Positions 1 to 10,127 are shown, counted from the first letter of the stretch. The stretch is DNA of 64,000 nt from an uncultured Candidatus Saccharibacteria bacterium (GCA_965230975.1 OZ246402.1:992859-1056858); one strand, 5' to 3'. Made by a program: numbers and translations. Notes: generated from the letters alone by a model not told the origin.

Positions 1-13
1 TTTTGTTGGTTCA

Positions 14-358
14 TTTGAATTAAGTTATAGGTTAATAATATTGTCAGAATATGAAATTATCTTTTTCAAGTCAATTAATTTATCAATTACCTTAAAGATT
101 TTCGTGAATTATTTTTTTGGGCATGTTTTGTACCTTTAAAAACCTACCTTGCCGCATGGTACCAATTTGGTAGCATTTGGTATCAAAAGTGAGTCAAAAC
201 TTAACAAATTGGTACCGCTGAGTAAAGCTTGGATTTGGGGTGTCTAAATATTATAAGATTTAACCCTATATATATTTGACCTAGAAGCTAAACCCTGAAG
301 AGCTGTACATAGCTTTGAATTAAGTTATGGATTAATTGTATTGTCAGAATTGAAAAAC
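14..358 (+). repeat. Two ~45-bp direct repeats (14-60 and 314-358) exactly 300 bp apart in a non-coding region; a 13-bp inverted repeat (158-170 / 204-216) lies between them
   Basis: Copy 1 tttgaattaagttataggttaataatattgtcagaat and copy 2 tttgaattaagttatggattaattgtattgtcagaat are about 85% identical. Each contains TTGAAT followed by a TAATAT/TGTATTGT-like hexamer. ggtaccaatttgg and acaaattggtacc are reverse complements (12/13). Confidence 0.5.
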
Positions 359-495
359 TTTATTTTATGCATTCATCACTTTTTGCGAACAAGAAAATGC
401 TATTGAAATTGTCAAATTTCTAAAAGAGCACGATATAGTAAGACGATCAAATGGAGTAGTTGCTTGGAATGAAAGAATAATAGAGTTTAAAATAC

Positions 496-1158
496 CTACC
501 AACGAATAGTATCTATTTTGTTTGAATTTAAATACTCATTTGTCTTACTAAACGGCTTTGAACCAAAGAACCCTGTATGTGCTGAAAATGGAGAAGGGTG
601 GGGGGACTTTATCATTAAATGTTTTGAGGAATCTATTAACCCTTCTTTTTTTTGAGCAAAAGCTCCCCACAAAATAAATACAACATGTTCTTTTTGGTCA
701 GAAACTGTTTTAATAACTGCATCAGTAAATTGCTCCCAACCTTTACCCTGATGAGAACCAGCCTCACCTTTTCTAACTGTTAAAGTTGCATTTAGTAATA
801 AAACTCCCTGCTGTGCCCATTTGGTTAAATCTGGGTTTGTTGGTGGCTCGGTGCCTAGATCAGACTTAAGTTCTTTATAAATATTTTGCAAAGATGGGGG
901 TATTTTCTTGTCCGGATTTGCAGAGAAAGCCAAACCATTTGCTACGCCTGGCGTGTGGTAGGGGTCTTGCCCTAAAATTAAGACTTTTACGTTTTCAAAT
1001 GGGCACTCGTTTAACGCTTTGAATATAAAAGGACCTGGTGGGAATACAGTTGCGGTTGCGTACTCGTTTTTTACAAATTCAACTAGTTGTTTAAAATATT
1101 CTTTTTCAAATTCTGGTTGCAAATGTTGCTTCCAAGAATCATCTAATTTTATGTTCAT
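496..1158 (-). CDS. ung: uracil-DNA glycosylase, family 1
   Basis: Contains the LGQDPYH water-activating motif, GLAFS, and a C-terminal HPSPxS leucine-loop motif. Length 220 aa. Confidence 0.85.
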   Translation of the reverse strand: MNIKLDDSWKQHLQPEFEKEYFKQLVEFVKNEYATATVFPPGPFIFKALNECPFENVKVLILGQDPYHTPGVANGLAFSANPDKKIPPSLQNIYKELKSDLGTEPPTNPDLTKWAQQGVLLLNATLTVRKGEAGSHQGKGWEQFTDAVIKTVSDQKEHVVFILWGAFAQKKEGLIDSSKHLMIKSPHPSPFSAHTGFFGSKPFSKTNEYLNSNKIDTIRW

Positions 1159-1170
1159 AAACTTAAGACA

Positions 1171-1566
1171 TTAATTAAACATATCCCTTAAGGGCTTCCA
1201 ATAATAATCTTCCCAGCCTTGTTCAATTTCATTTGCATATTCTTGAGGAATATTTTCGTGGGTAAAATGTATTATTGTTTTATCTGCAATCTCTTCAAAA
1301 TCTAGGGTAATTTTGGACATAAAATCAGCGGGCCAGTTTTCGTATTCGTATCTCCATTCCTGAACAATTTTCTTAAAAGGTATCAGTTCTATATTTTTAC
1401 CAGACACAACCCCGTCCCAAATTGAAAATTCACCACCAAGTTCTGGGTCAATTTCTGCACTTCCAACTATTAAGTCAGAATGTTTTTTAGAATCTAACCA
1501 CATATTGTAAATCTCTTGATTACTAGCAAAGACCTTAATTGTCTGAGTTATTGTGCTGGTCTGCAT
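1171..1566 (-). CDS. SRPBCC / AHSA1-like (START-fold) small protein
   Basis: 131 aa with the composition and pattern typical of activator-of-Hsp90-ATPase / polyketide-cyclase-like domains. Overlaps the upstream ORF by about 30 nt, so the true start is probably an internal Met. Confidence 0.4.
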   Translation of the reverse strand: MQTSTITQTIKVFASNQEIYNMWLDSKKHSDLIVGSAEIDPELGGEFSIWDGVVSGKNIELIPFKKIVQEWRYEYENWPADFMSKITLDFEEIADKTIIHFTHENIPQEYANEIEQGWEDYYWKPLRDMFN

Positions 1567-2503
1567 TATGGTTTTTTAAAAAGTAAACTATATATGATCC
1601 AGACATAATCTCTTTATCTACTTTAAATTCGCATTTTTCTACAACCGTTCTAAATGTATGATTTGTTTCATTTTTAATAAAATATTCAAGCTCTAAATTG
1701 TTTGAAATTAACGCTTTCCATTCTTGCGTGTCCTCTAAACTCTCTTTGTGATTTATTATTACTAATCCATCTTTTTTTAAGACTCTTTTAATTTCACTTA
1801 AAAATTTCAGTTCTGATTCTAAAGGTAAAAATTGCCAATAACTGTTTACAATAACAATATCAAAAGCTTCATTTGTATAGGAATTTTTTAGAAAATCTTT
1901 CCCTATTATTTTCTCTTTTCGTTTTTTTTCTTTTAAAAGAGAGACGACTTTTTTACTTAACTCTATAGATTCAAATTTTGTATTTGTAAAACCAAAAATT
2001 TCATCTGTATTAGGTCCAATGGATAGAATTTTATTCTTATCTTTACCTAACTTTGGAGTTTGATTTAAGAAGTTGAAAATCTCTTGGTAAAATTCTTTAG
2101 ATTGCCAGTTTGTAGATTTTTGGATTGTTTGATCAGCCAAATTTTCTCTAAACTTGGACATTTGTTTTGACACAAATTCATAGCTGAAATTCTTTTTGTT
2201 TCTAATTTTTTGTAAATCTGCTCGCAGCTGTTTAAGCTTCCACAAAAAAAGTCTTCCTTTTTCTTGAGAATTACTATCTACTGCAAAAGAGTATGCTTGT
2301 TCCATTAAAGATCTATCTACTGTTTTAGCAAGCCGCATATAGATTGTTAGGTTTTTATCATCGTTCAAATCTTTAGAAAGCTTGTAGGCAAATGCCTGAA
2401 ATTCATTTTTCGGGTGTCTTTTTTTTTGCTTAGCCCTATTTACATCTTCTTCATCAAGAATGTTAATGGAAGTTAATATAGATTTTGCAGATACAAAAGG
2501 CAT
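1535..2503 (-). CDS. protein with C-terminal class I SAM-dependent methyltransferase-like domain
   Basis: The C-terminal block DIVIVNSYWQFLP...LKKDGLVIIN resembles Methyltransf_11 motif regions. The N-terminal half has no recognisable family. Confidence 0.4.
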   Translation of the reverse strand: MPFVSAKSILTSINILDEEDVNRAKQKKRHPKNEFQAFAYKLSKDLNDDKNLTIYMRLAKTVDRSLMEQAYSFAVDSNSQEKGRLFLWKLKQLRADLQKIRNKKNFSYEFVSKQMSKFRENLADQTIQKSTNWQSKEFYQEIFNFLNQTPKLGKDKNKILSIGPNTDEIFGFTNTKFESIELSKKVVSLLKEKKRKEKIIGKDFLKNSYTNEAFDIVIVNSYWQFLPLESELKFLSEIKRVLKKDGLVIINHKESLEDTQEWKALISNNLELEYFIKNETNHTFRTVVEKCEFKVDKEIMSGSYIVYFLKNHNADQHNNSDN

Positions 2504-2560
2504 AAGTCATGTTTTTAATTAGTCTTATTATCAGGTGTAAATGCTTATATTTTCAAGTAG

Positions 2561-2926
2561 TTAATCTTTCTTAATCGATTGTTCCGATTTCCAAGCAGGA
2601 GCGCATATCATTAATGCCTCGAATTCGCCTTCGATTTTGTAAAAGGAATTTGGAGGTAATACAAACAGATCTGATTGTTCTAAAATATATGTATCACCTT
2701 TTTCTAGTGTGAGCTTTGCCTTTCCGAATAAAACATAATAAAGCATTGTAGACGTTTGATTTGCAGACCACCCACTAACAGGATAAATTCCTTCCATTTT
2801 AGTGTAGGCAACATCAACAGCATCTAATTGCCCCGTATTATATTCTAAAACTAACTTTTTAAGACCATCCAAATCTTTGATCTTTTCCCAGGTTTGAGAC
2901 TTTTTTATTAGTTGTGGGTTTTGCAT
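2561..2926 (-). CDS. small cupin-like protein (tentative)
   Basis: 121 aa, beta-rich, with a GxFEALMICAP-type segment. Weak assignment. Confidence 0.3.
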   Translation of the reverse strand: MQNPQLIKKSQTWEKIKDLDGLKKLVLEYNTGQLDAVDVAYTKMEGIYPVSGWSANQTSTMLYYVLFGKAKLTLEKGDTYILEQSDLFVLPPNSFYKIEGEFEALMICAPAWKSEQSIKKD

Positions 2927-2948
2927 GTTTTCAATTTAATAATTAAAT

Positions 2949-3353
2949 TTACCATGACAAGTATTGGTCTATCAGACTTCTCCATCGAATATATTTATCA
3001 GTATTAGGATCTTGTCTTGAATCAGTAATACTTGATCTTATGCTTCTTAAAAGGTCGTCTAATAAGTCTTTATTTCCTAAACTACTTAGTCGATAGTATT
3101 TTTCTACAATCCAAAATATTAGAAAGTCTGATTCTACAAAGAATTCCTTTAAAGACTCTATTATTAATTTTAAATTTTCTTTATCCTTTGAAGAAAAAAG
3201 TACTTCTAATTCATAAAGAAAACCATCATATATACGTCCATCTGGATCACCATCATTCTCATCTATAAGTTTGTAATTTCTCTGTATATCTTTCCAATGA
3301 TTTACAAGTTGTTCCTTAGTTCTATCTTTCAAAACCGTTCCTAATAGATTCAT
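2949..3353 (-). CDS. hypothetical protein
   Basis: 134-aa ORF with coding-like composition in a co-directional gene string. Confidence 0.3.
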   Translation of the reverse strand: MNLLGTVLKDRTKEQLVNHWKDIQRNYKLIDENDGDPDGRIYDGFLYELEVLFSSKDKENLKLIIESLKEFFVESDFLIFWIVEKYYRLSSLGNKDLLDDLLRSIRSSITDSRQDPNTDKYIRWRSLIDQYLSW

Positions 3354-3375
3354 ATTAATAAATTAACTAAATAAA

Positions 3376-3699
3376 TCATTGTGCGTCTAATCTCCTGTCT
3401 AACTCTTCAATAAGATTGGGGAATTCTTTCTTAATATCTACGCCAACGTAATCCGCTATGCAGATAAGCGAGTAAATACAATCGCAAATCTCATGTTTTA
3501 ATTTTTCCTGATTATTTTCACCACCTCTATAACCCATATGCACCATTACATATTCGGTTAGTTCACCTATATCTGTTACCAAACCAGTAGTCCTTTCTAG
3601 TAATCCCCATTTTCTAACATTGTTTTTCACAGCCCAATCGTCATATTTTTGACGTATTCGTAATCCTTCAGAAATCATATTATCTAAATCCATGAACAA
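3376..3699 (-). CDS. MazG-like nucleoside triphosphate pyrophosphohydrolase (small all-alpha NTP-PPase)
   Basis: 107 aa with an EExxE...D acidic-helix pattern (GELTEYV ... EICDCIYSLICIADY) typical of the MazG/YpjD family. Confidence 0.5.
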   Translation of the reverse strand: MFMDLDNMISEGLRIRQKYDDWAVKNNVRKWGLLERTTGLVTDIGELTEYVMVHMGYRGGENNQEKLKHEICDCIYSLICIADYVGVDIKKEFPNLIEELDRRLDAQ

Positions 3700-3795
3700 T
3701 AATTAATAAATAATGCTTAGGATTTTATTTTTTAGTATAGATATTTTCTAGAGAAGAACCATTCGGTAGAAGAGAGTAGAATCCTTGTTGGATAG

Positions 3796-4521
3796 CTATT
3801 TGAAGTCTTTTATAATTTTCTTTTCTTCAAAGAATTGAAATGGAATATCTTTAAAATTATTGTCTTGAAGTTTCTTCAGAATTTTAACCACAGAGCTACT
3901 ACCCATTGTAGATGAAAGCTCATTTTCAATGCCCGTTTTTAAATCCACAAAGGCATTAAAGCCATATTCATTTTCTTCAACTAAATTACCTAGAGGATTT
4001 AGACCTAAACAGATGTGAAATTCTATGTCACTAAAGAGTTGATTATTTGAATTGTATCTAAGCTTTCTTACTGTAGAAATATGCTTAAAATCGACTTCTA
4101 ACCCTGTTTCTAACTCAGTTTTTCGTTTAGCCGCATCAATCATTAGTTCACCTTGAAAAATCGCACCACCAATTATTCCTATATCTCCAGCATAAGGTGT
4201 CCTTTTCCTTTTCTGATTTAAGATCAAATAGCCATCAGTACCTTTTTTAATAATAATGCACAAAACATTAATTCTAAATAAATCGGACTGAATACCTTTT
4301 GGGTCTAAAGGTAATTCAACCTCAACAAGTTTTTTACCCTTTTCTGTTAAAAAGTATTTATACTTTCTTTTTTCTACTAGATTATCTTTAACTAAAGATT
4401 GTAGGTGATAATTATACAAATCATTTTCCCATTCAAACTTTTTTGCATCTCTGTACCTTAAGCCTTCAGGTGACTTTATAAATCTTATAAGAATCTCTTT
4501 TTTAATAGGGTTGATATTCAT
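3796..4521 (-). CDS. winged-helix DNA-binding domain fused to a C-terminal Nudix hydrolase domain
   Basis: The N-terminal ~80 aa is wHTH-like (LVKDNLVEKRKYKYFLTEKGKKL). The C-terminus carries a Nudix box, GGAIFQGELMIDAAKRKTELETGL, matching Gx5Ex7REUxEExGU. Confidence 0.5.
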   Translation of the reverse strand: MNINPIKKEILIRFIKSPEGLRYRDAKKFEWENDLYNYHLQSLVKDNLVEKRKYKYFLTEKGKKLVEVELPLDPKGIQSDLFRINVLCIIIKKGTDGYLILNQKRKRTPYAGDIGIIGGAIFQGELMIDAAKRKTELETGLEVDFKHISTVRKLRYNSNNQLFSDIEFHICLGLNPLGNLVEENEYGFNAFVDLKTGIENELSSTMGSSSVVKILKKLQDNNFKDIPFQFFEEKKIIKDFK

Positions 4522-5027
4522 GGATATTACATTCTTTTAATTGTTCAAATTTAACATTCTTGTAAACTTATTGTCCATTAATATTTTACTCATTACATAA
4601 ATAACACTCAGTTACTACTTTTATTTTTTAACTAATAGCTTCTTCTTTTGATGGTGTAATTGTTGTGTATTTTCTGTGTACTATTGGTGGTGTAATCATA
4701 GTGCTGTATGTGTGCTAAGTTAAACACCATCAAAGTAAGTATTTTAAGGACATAGCAAACTTTTTATATTTCTAAACACACAATAACATGCAGTACTTTG
4801 AATGTTCCAAAATCAATGATTTTTGTCAAAAAATTTGGGAAAAATTAATCCTATAACATACCTCGTATACCAAAACAAACGTGTGGAACAATTAACTAAT
4901 TAGCAATCCTTTGTGTAACACCACTAGGTTTGACACTACTACATCTTGTGTGTATGCTGTTACTTACCTACTATTGATTGTGTAGTCACCTCAAAAGTAG
5001 TATCTAACTTAGCTAACTTTTAATCAA

Positions 5028-5477
5028 ATGACTTGTCCATATTGCAAAAGTCAAAACACAAAAGTTGTAGATAAACGAGAATCTGGTGAAAGCACACGAA
5101 GAAGAAGAGAGTGTGAAAACTGTAACAAAAGATTTACAACCTACGAAAGAATAGAAACTGTACTACTTAATGTAATTAAACGAGATGGCACAGTAGAAGA
5201 GTTTGATAGAGAAAAGCTTAAAAGAGGAATATATAAAGCAACAAGCAAGCGAGGTATTCCAACAGAAAAAATAGAAGAAATGATCTCTGACATAGAATAT
5301 TCATTACTAACATCAGATAAACAAGTCGTTAAATCTGTCGATATAGGTCAAATGGTTTTAAAAAGATTAACAAAAATAGATAAGTTAAGCGCATTACTAT
5401 TTGCTGCGGTTTATAAAGAATTTAAAAGTCTAGAAGATGTTCAAGATGAGCTTCAAAAATTATCTGACAAACCCTAG
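5028..5477 (+). CDS. nrdR: transcriptional repressor NrdR
   Basis: MTCPYCKSQNTKVVDKRE...RRRRECENCNKRFTTYERIE: N-terminal zinc ribbon plus ATP-cone. Sits directly upstream of the RNR gene. Confidence 0.9.
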   Translation: MTCPYCKSQNTKVVDKRESGESTRRRRECENCNKRFTTYERIETVLLNVIKRDGTVEEFDREKLKRGIYKATSKRGIPTEKIEEMISDIEYSLLTSDKQVVKSVDIGQMVLKRLTKIDKLSALLFAAVYKEFKSLEDVQDELQKLSDKP

Positions 5478-5517
5478 AACTATTAAAATGAGTATTTTTA
5501 ATTCTTAATTTAAATTT

Positions 5518-8500
5518 ATGATAGATGCTGTTGCAACCCAAGAAGATACTAGAAATCGATTAAGTGAAAATATTGGGAGAAAAGGCTTAAAGGTGCAGAG
5601 AATCTTTACTACAAAAGGAAAAGATAGATACCAAGGAATTGAGTTTGAAATGCGATCTTCAAAGATTACTAACCCAGATGGATCAGTAGTATTTGAAATG
5701 AATAACCTAGAGATTCCAAAACAATGGAGTCAAATCGCAACAGATATTTTGGCTCAAAAATACTTTAGAAAAAAAGGGGTTCCGCTAAAAGATGCTAATG
5801 GCAATGAAATAAAAGATGAAGACGGCAAGCCTGTATTAGGTGCCGAGACTTCTGCAAAACAAACTATAAACAGGCTTGCCGGCGCCTGGAGATTTTGGGG
5901 CGAAAAACATGGCTATTTTGAATCTAAAGAAGATGCAGATGCATTTGAAGATGAAGTAGCGTACATGTTAATGATGCAAATGGCAGCTCCAAATAGCCCT
6001 CAATGGTTTAATACAGGTTTGAATTGGGCTTATGGTATTACTGGACAGGCACAAGGACACTGGTATGTAGACCCAAAAACCAAAGAAGCAAAACTATCAG
6101 AAGATGCATATACAAGAGGCCAACCTCATGCTTGCTTTATTCTTTCTATTGATGATGACCTTGTAAACCCAGGTGGTATTTTTGATTTACTAACCACAGA
6201 AGCAAGAATTTTTAAGTATGGTTCTGGTACAGGTACAAATTTTTCTGCAATCAGAGGTGCGAATGAATCACTATCAGGTGGTGGAAAATCATCTGGATTA
6301 ATGAGCTTTTTAAAAATATTTGATGCAGGAGCAGGCGCAATTAAATCTGGAGGTACAACTAGAAGAGCTGCAAAAATGGTTACATTAAATATGGATCACC
6401 CAGAAATTGAAGATTTTATTGTTTGGAAGGCAAGAGAAGAGCAAAAAGTAGCGGCCCTTGTTGCAGGTTCTCATATAAACTATGAACACTTAAAGCAGAT
6501 TATGAAATCTGCAGAAGAAAATGGTATTAATCCAGAAAAAAATCCTGAATTAAAAAAGCTAATTAAAGAAGCGAAAAAGGATCATGTATCTTTAAACTAT
6601 ATAAAAAGAGTTTTGATGCTTGTAGAAAACGGAGTTAAAGCCGATGATTTTAGTATAGAAAAATTTGATACAGATTTTAGATCTGAAGCTTATTACACTG
6701 TTGGAGGACAAAACTCTAATAACTCAGTTAGAATTACCAACGATTTCTTTAATGCTGTAGAAAGCGATTCTGATTGGAATTTAGTTAACAGAATTGATGG
6801 AAAAGCAAACAAAACTTTAAAAGCTAAGTATTTATGGCAAAAAGTTTTAGAATCTGCTTGGCAATCTGCAGACCCTGGAACTCAATATGATACAACAATA
6901 AATGAATGGCACACTTGCCCATTTGATGGCAGAATCAATGGAAGCAACCCATGTTCAGAATACATGTTCTTAGACAATACAGCTTGCAATTTAGCATCGC
7001 TTAATTTGTTATCTTTCTACAACTCTCAAACTAAAGAATTCGATACCAAAAAATTCATTCATGCAACAAGATTATGGACAATGGTATTAGAATTCTCAAT
7101 TTTAATGGCGCATCTACCAACTAAAAAAGTTGCAGAACAAACATATCTTTACAGAACATTAGGATTAGGCTACGGAAACCTAGGTGCATTATTAATGCAA
7201 CAAGGAATTCCTTATGAAAGTGAAAAAGGTTATGCAATAACAGCAGCTATTAGTGCACTTATGGGTGGAGAAGCCTATGCCACATCTGCAGAAATGGCAA
7301 AGGTAACAGGTGCATTTGACAGGTTTGAATCAAATAAAGATAGTATGTTAAGGGTTATAAGAAACCATCGAAGAGCAATTTATAGTGCACAAAATAACGA
7401 ATATGAAGAATTATCTATCAAACCAATGGGCATTGATTACAGTTTAGCTCCACAAGAGTTGGTCACAAGCGCAAGAATAGCATGGGATCATGCACTTACA
7501 CTTGGAGAAGAGTATGGTTACAAAAATGCTCAAACGACACTAATTGCCCCAACTGGCACAATTAGTTTAATTATGGATTTTGACACTACAGCATGTGAAC
7601 CAGATTTTGCACTAGTTAAATTTAAAAAGTTGGTTGGCGGTGGATACTTTAAGATTGTTAACCAATCTGTAAAACCAGCTCTTGAAGTTTTAGGCTACTC
7701 TGAAACTCAGGCAGATGAAATTGAAAAATATATAGTTGGGCATTCTACTTTAAAAAGTGCACCTTATATTAACTGGGAAACATTAAAAGCCAAAGGTTTT
7801 ACAGAAAGAGAACTTATGGCTTTAGAAGGTAGAATGGAAGGCTTGTATGCTTTGAATTTTGCTTTCTCTGCATTTACCCTTGGCGAAGACTTTTGCATGA
7901 ATGTTTTAAAAATGACCGAGGCACAAATCAAAGATAGTAGTTTTAATATACTTAAACATTTAGGCTTTAGCGATTCCGAAATCGAAGCTGCCGAAGAATA
8001 TGTAGTTGGAACTATGACAATAGAAGGAGCACCTTATTTGAAAGAAGAACATTACTCTGTTTTTGACTGTGCAAATAAATGTGGCAAAAAAGGTAAAAGA
8101 TACATTAGCACTATGGGGCATTTAAAACAGATGGCAGCTGCACAACCATTCTTAAGTGGTGCTATTAGCAAAACAGTAAACTTACCTGAAGATGCAAGTT
8201 TGAAAGATATTAATGACGCTTATATAGAGGGTTGGAAACTAATGTTAAAAGCTGTAGCTTTGTATAGAGACGGCTCAAAACTAAGTCAACCACTAAACTC
8301 TACATCTATGGATTCTGCTTATTCTGCTTTATTTAGCTTTGAAAATGATCAAGACGAAGTTCCTACTGAAGTAAATGTAGTCAACGCACAACAGGCTATT
8401 CAACAACAATTGGCTGGAGCTCCAAGAAGAAGAAAACTACCAGATGAAAGACATAGTCTTACACACAAATTTAGCGTAGGAGGACATGAGGGCTATATTA

Positions 8501-9189
8501 CAGTTGGGCTATTTGAAGATGGCACCCCTGGGGAAATCTTTATTACCATGAGCAATGCAGGCAGTTTCTTATCTGGAATCATGGATGCATTTGCACAATC
8601 TTTGTCATTCAATTTGCAATATGGTGTGCCTTTAGAATTCATTGTTAGAAAGTTAACAAACACTAAATTTGACCCAAGCGGAATGACAGGCAATAGAGAA
8701 ATTCCAATGGTTAAATCTATTACAGATTATATTGGTAGGTGGTTAGGATTAAAGTTCTTACCTGCAGAAGTTGCAAAACTTTACCATAACGAAGAACTTG
8801 TAGAGAAATCTTATAGAGAAGGTAGCAATTATAAGATCTTAATTCCTTATGTTAATGGTAAAGGACATACGGAACTAAAAACTACACACTATTTTGAAGT
8901 TCAAAGGCCAGATTCTCATGATGTTGTAGTTACCGAGGTGACTACAACTGGAGCATCTACACCTGTAGTAACATCTGTTTCTAGTGAACCTGCTCAAATG
9001 GTTTTAGACCATGTTGCCCCATTAGAAGATAGTTTAAGTGAAGAAGATAAAATGGCAGATAAAATTAAGAAAGCAAGAGAATTAGGTTTTACCGGGGAGA
9101 TGTGTTCTAACTGCGGTGGCATGAGCTTAAAGCGAAATGGAAGCTGTATGGTTTGCGCAGATTGCGGTACAACAACTGGTTGCAGCTAA
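5518..9189 (+). CDS. nrdJ: adenosylcobalamin-dependent ribonucleotide reductase (class II, NrdJ), 1223 aa with C-terminal Cys-rich zinc-ribbon tail
   Basis: Carries the active-site NPCSEY...ACNLASLNL block, the GTGTNFS substrate-loop region, and STMGHLKQMAAAQPFLSGAISKTVNL. The C-terminus is CSNCGG...CMVCADCG. Preceded by nrdR. A B12 adenosyltransferase lies elsewhere in the window. Confidence 0.9.
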   Translation: MIDAVATQEDTRNRLSENIGRKGLKVQRIFTTKGKDRYQGIEFEMRSSKITNPDGSVVFEMNNLEIPKQWSQIATDILAQKYFRKKGVPLKDANGNEIKDEDGKPVLGAETSAKQTINRLAGAWRFWGEKHGYFESKEDADAFEDEVAYMLMMQMAAPNSPQWFNTGLNWAYGITGQAQGHWYVDPKTKEAKLSEDAYTRGQPHACFILSIDDDLVNPGGIFDLLTTEARIFKYGSGTGTNFSAIRGANESLSGGGKSSGLMSFLKIFDAGAGAIKSGGTTRRAAKMVTLNMDHPEIEDFIVWKAREEQKVAALVAGSHINYEHLKQIMKSAEENGINPEKNPELKKLIKEAKKDHVSLNYIKRVLMLVENGVKADDFSIEKFDTDFRSEAYYTVGGQNSNNSVRITNDFFNAVESDSDWNLVNRIDGKANKTLKAKYLWQKVLESAWQSADPGTQYDTTINEWHTCPFDGRINGSNPCSEYMFLDNTACNLASLNLLSFYNSQTKEFDTKKFIHATRLWTMVLEFSILMAHLPTKKVAEQTYLYRTLGLGYGNLGALLMQQGIPYESEKGYAITAAISALMGGEAYATSAEMAKVTGAFDRFESNKDSMLRVIRNHRRAIYSAQNNEYEELSIKPMGIDYSLAPQELVTSARIAWDHALTLGEEYGYKNAQTTLIAPTGTISLIMDFDTTACEPDFALVKFKKLVGGGYFKIVNQSVKPALEVLGYSETQADEIEKYIVGHSTLKSAPYINWETLKAKGFTERELMALEGRMEGLYALNFAFSAFTLGEDFCMNVLKMTEAQIKDSSFNILKHLGFSDSEIEAAEEYVVGTMTIEGAPYLKEEHYSVFDCANKCGKKGKRYISTMGHLKQMAAAQPFLSGAISKTVNLPEDASLKDINDAYIEGWKLMLKAVALYRDGSKLSQPLNSTSMDSAYSALFSFENDQDEVPTEVNVVNAQQAIQQQLAGAPRRRKLPDERHSLTHKFSVGGHEGYITVGLFEDGTPGEIFITMSNAGSFLSGIMDAFAQSLSFNLQYGVPLEFIVRKLTNTKFDPSGMTGNREIPMVKSITDYIGRWLGLKFLPAEVAKLYHNEELVEKSYREGSNYKILIPYVNGKGHTELKTTHYFEVQRPDSHDVVVTEVTTTGASTPVVTSVSSEPAQMVLDHVAPLEDSLSEEDKMADKIKKARELGFTGEMCSNCGGMSLKRNGSCMVCADCGTTTGCS

Positions 9190-9207
9190 TAATAAAAAGA
9201 CATTAAA

Positions 9208-9229
9208 GGGCCCGCCGAAGGCGGGCCCT
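9208..9229 (+). terminator. GC-rich hairpin (gggcccgcc gaag ggcgggccc) downstream of nrdJ
   Basis: Perfect 9-bp GC stem in an AT-rich genome, 19 nt after the nrdJ stop. It is followed by an A/T-rich tract with only a weak U run. Confidence 0.5.
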
Positions 9230-9263
9230 AGTAAATAAAAACTATTTATTAACTAATATAAGA

Positions 9264-9659
9264 ATGCAATTCACAGATTTTCCTCCCCACCAAGAAAGAA
9301 TAGCTTATGGCAGAGCTGTTCAAAATCCACTACTAAAAGATATGCCAACTATGGTACCTAATCCAACACCAGATTATTTAAGAACTCTTAATTCAGGTGA
9401 AGAATATCATTCAAGTGAAATTTATTTAGGGAATCTTTTAAATCAACACTACAAGGAATTCACACGGCTATTTGAAGAGGCTTTGATTAAATATGCATTT
9501 GAAGAAGGTAATTACGAACAATTTCTAAATCGGTCAATCCACGAAATCGCAAATCTAATGAATTTAAGTATACAAGATGTTTGGTACTTGTCTAAATACT
9601 ATCGAATACAAAATCCAGCTAATAGAGTATACGCCCAATCTTCCGAAGGAGAAGCGTAA
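9264..9659 (+). CDS. hypothetical protein
   Basis: 131-aa ORF with no recognisable motif. Confidence 0.3.
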   Translation: MQFTDFPPHQERIAYGRAVQNPLLKDMPTMVPNPTPDYLRTLNSGEEYHSSEIYLGNLLNQHYKEFTRLFEEALIKYAFEEGNYEQFLNRSIHEIANLMNLSIQDVWYLSKYYRIQNPANRVYAQSSEGEA

Positions 9660-9759
9660 TACTAATTGCAACACCTTTTAAGTAATTGGAATCTAAAGTA
9701 TGCTTAATTAAGGAATTAACTTATTGGCAATATAGAATAATTATTAGAAAACTCAAAAT

Positions 9760-10035
9760 ATGGATCATATAACTGCGGAACAACTAAAACAAAGACTTGA
9801 AGATGCAAAAAGCAAGGTTACCGTAGGTGGTAAATATTATCATTACAAAGATCCTTCAAAGCATTATCTAGTAGTGGATATAGCGATTTTAGAAGCTACC
9901 GAAGAGCCTGCCGTATTATACAAGCCATTGTACGAAGGTTACGAAGGAATAATTTGGATAAGACCAATCTCAGAGTTCCTTTCTCAAAACGAGAAAGATG
10001 GAATAATGGTTTCTAAATTCACATTAGTTCAATAG
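9760..10035 (+). CDS. DUF1653-like small protein
   Basis: 91 aa with a GGKYYHYKD...YLV...VLYKPLYEG...IWIRPISEF pattern matching my recollection of DUF1653. Confidence 0.35.
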   Translation: MDHITAEQLKQRLEDAKSKVTVGGKYYHYKDPSKHYLVVDIAILEATEEPAVLYKPLYEGYEGIIWIRPISEFLSQNEKDGIMVSKFTLVQ

Positions 10036-10127
10036 TAAATATAAATTGTAGAGATTGTAAATTTTTGGTACAACCCTTTACTAAAGATAGTTATAAGCCG
10101 TATACTCCTTTCAATTAAAAATTAAAC

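Noticed and set aside
5518-9189. Intein inside the unusually long class II RNR.
   Set aside because: No Cys/Ser-Hint block A, no HNC/HNS C-terminal splice junction and no homing-endonuclease motifs. The extra length appears to come from insertions and the C-terminal zinc-ribbon tail.
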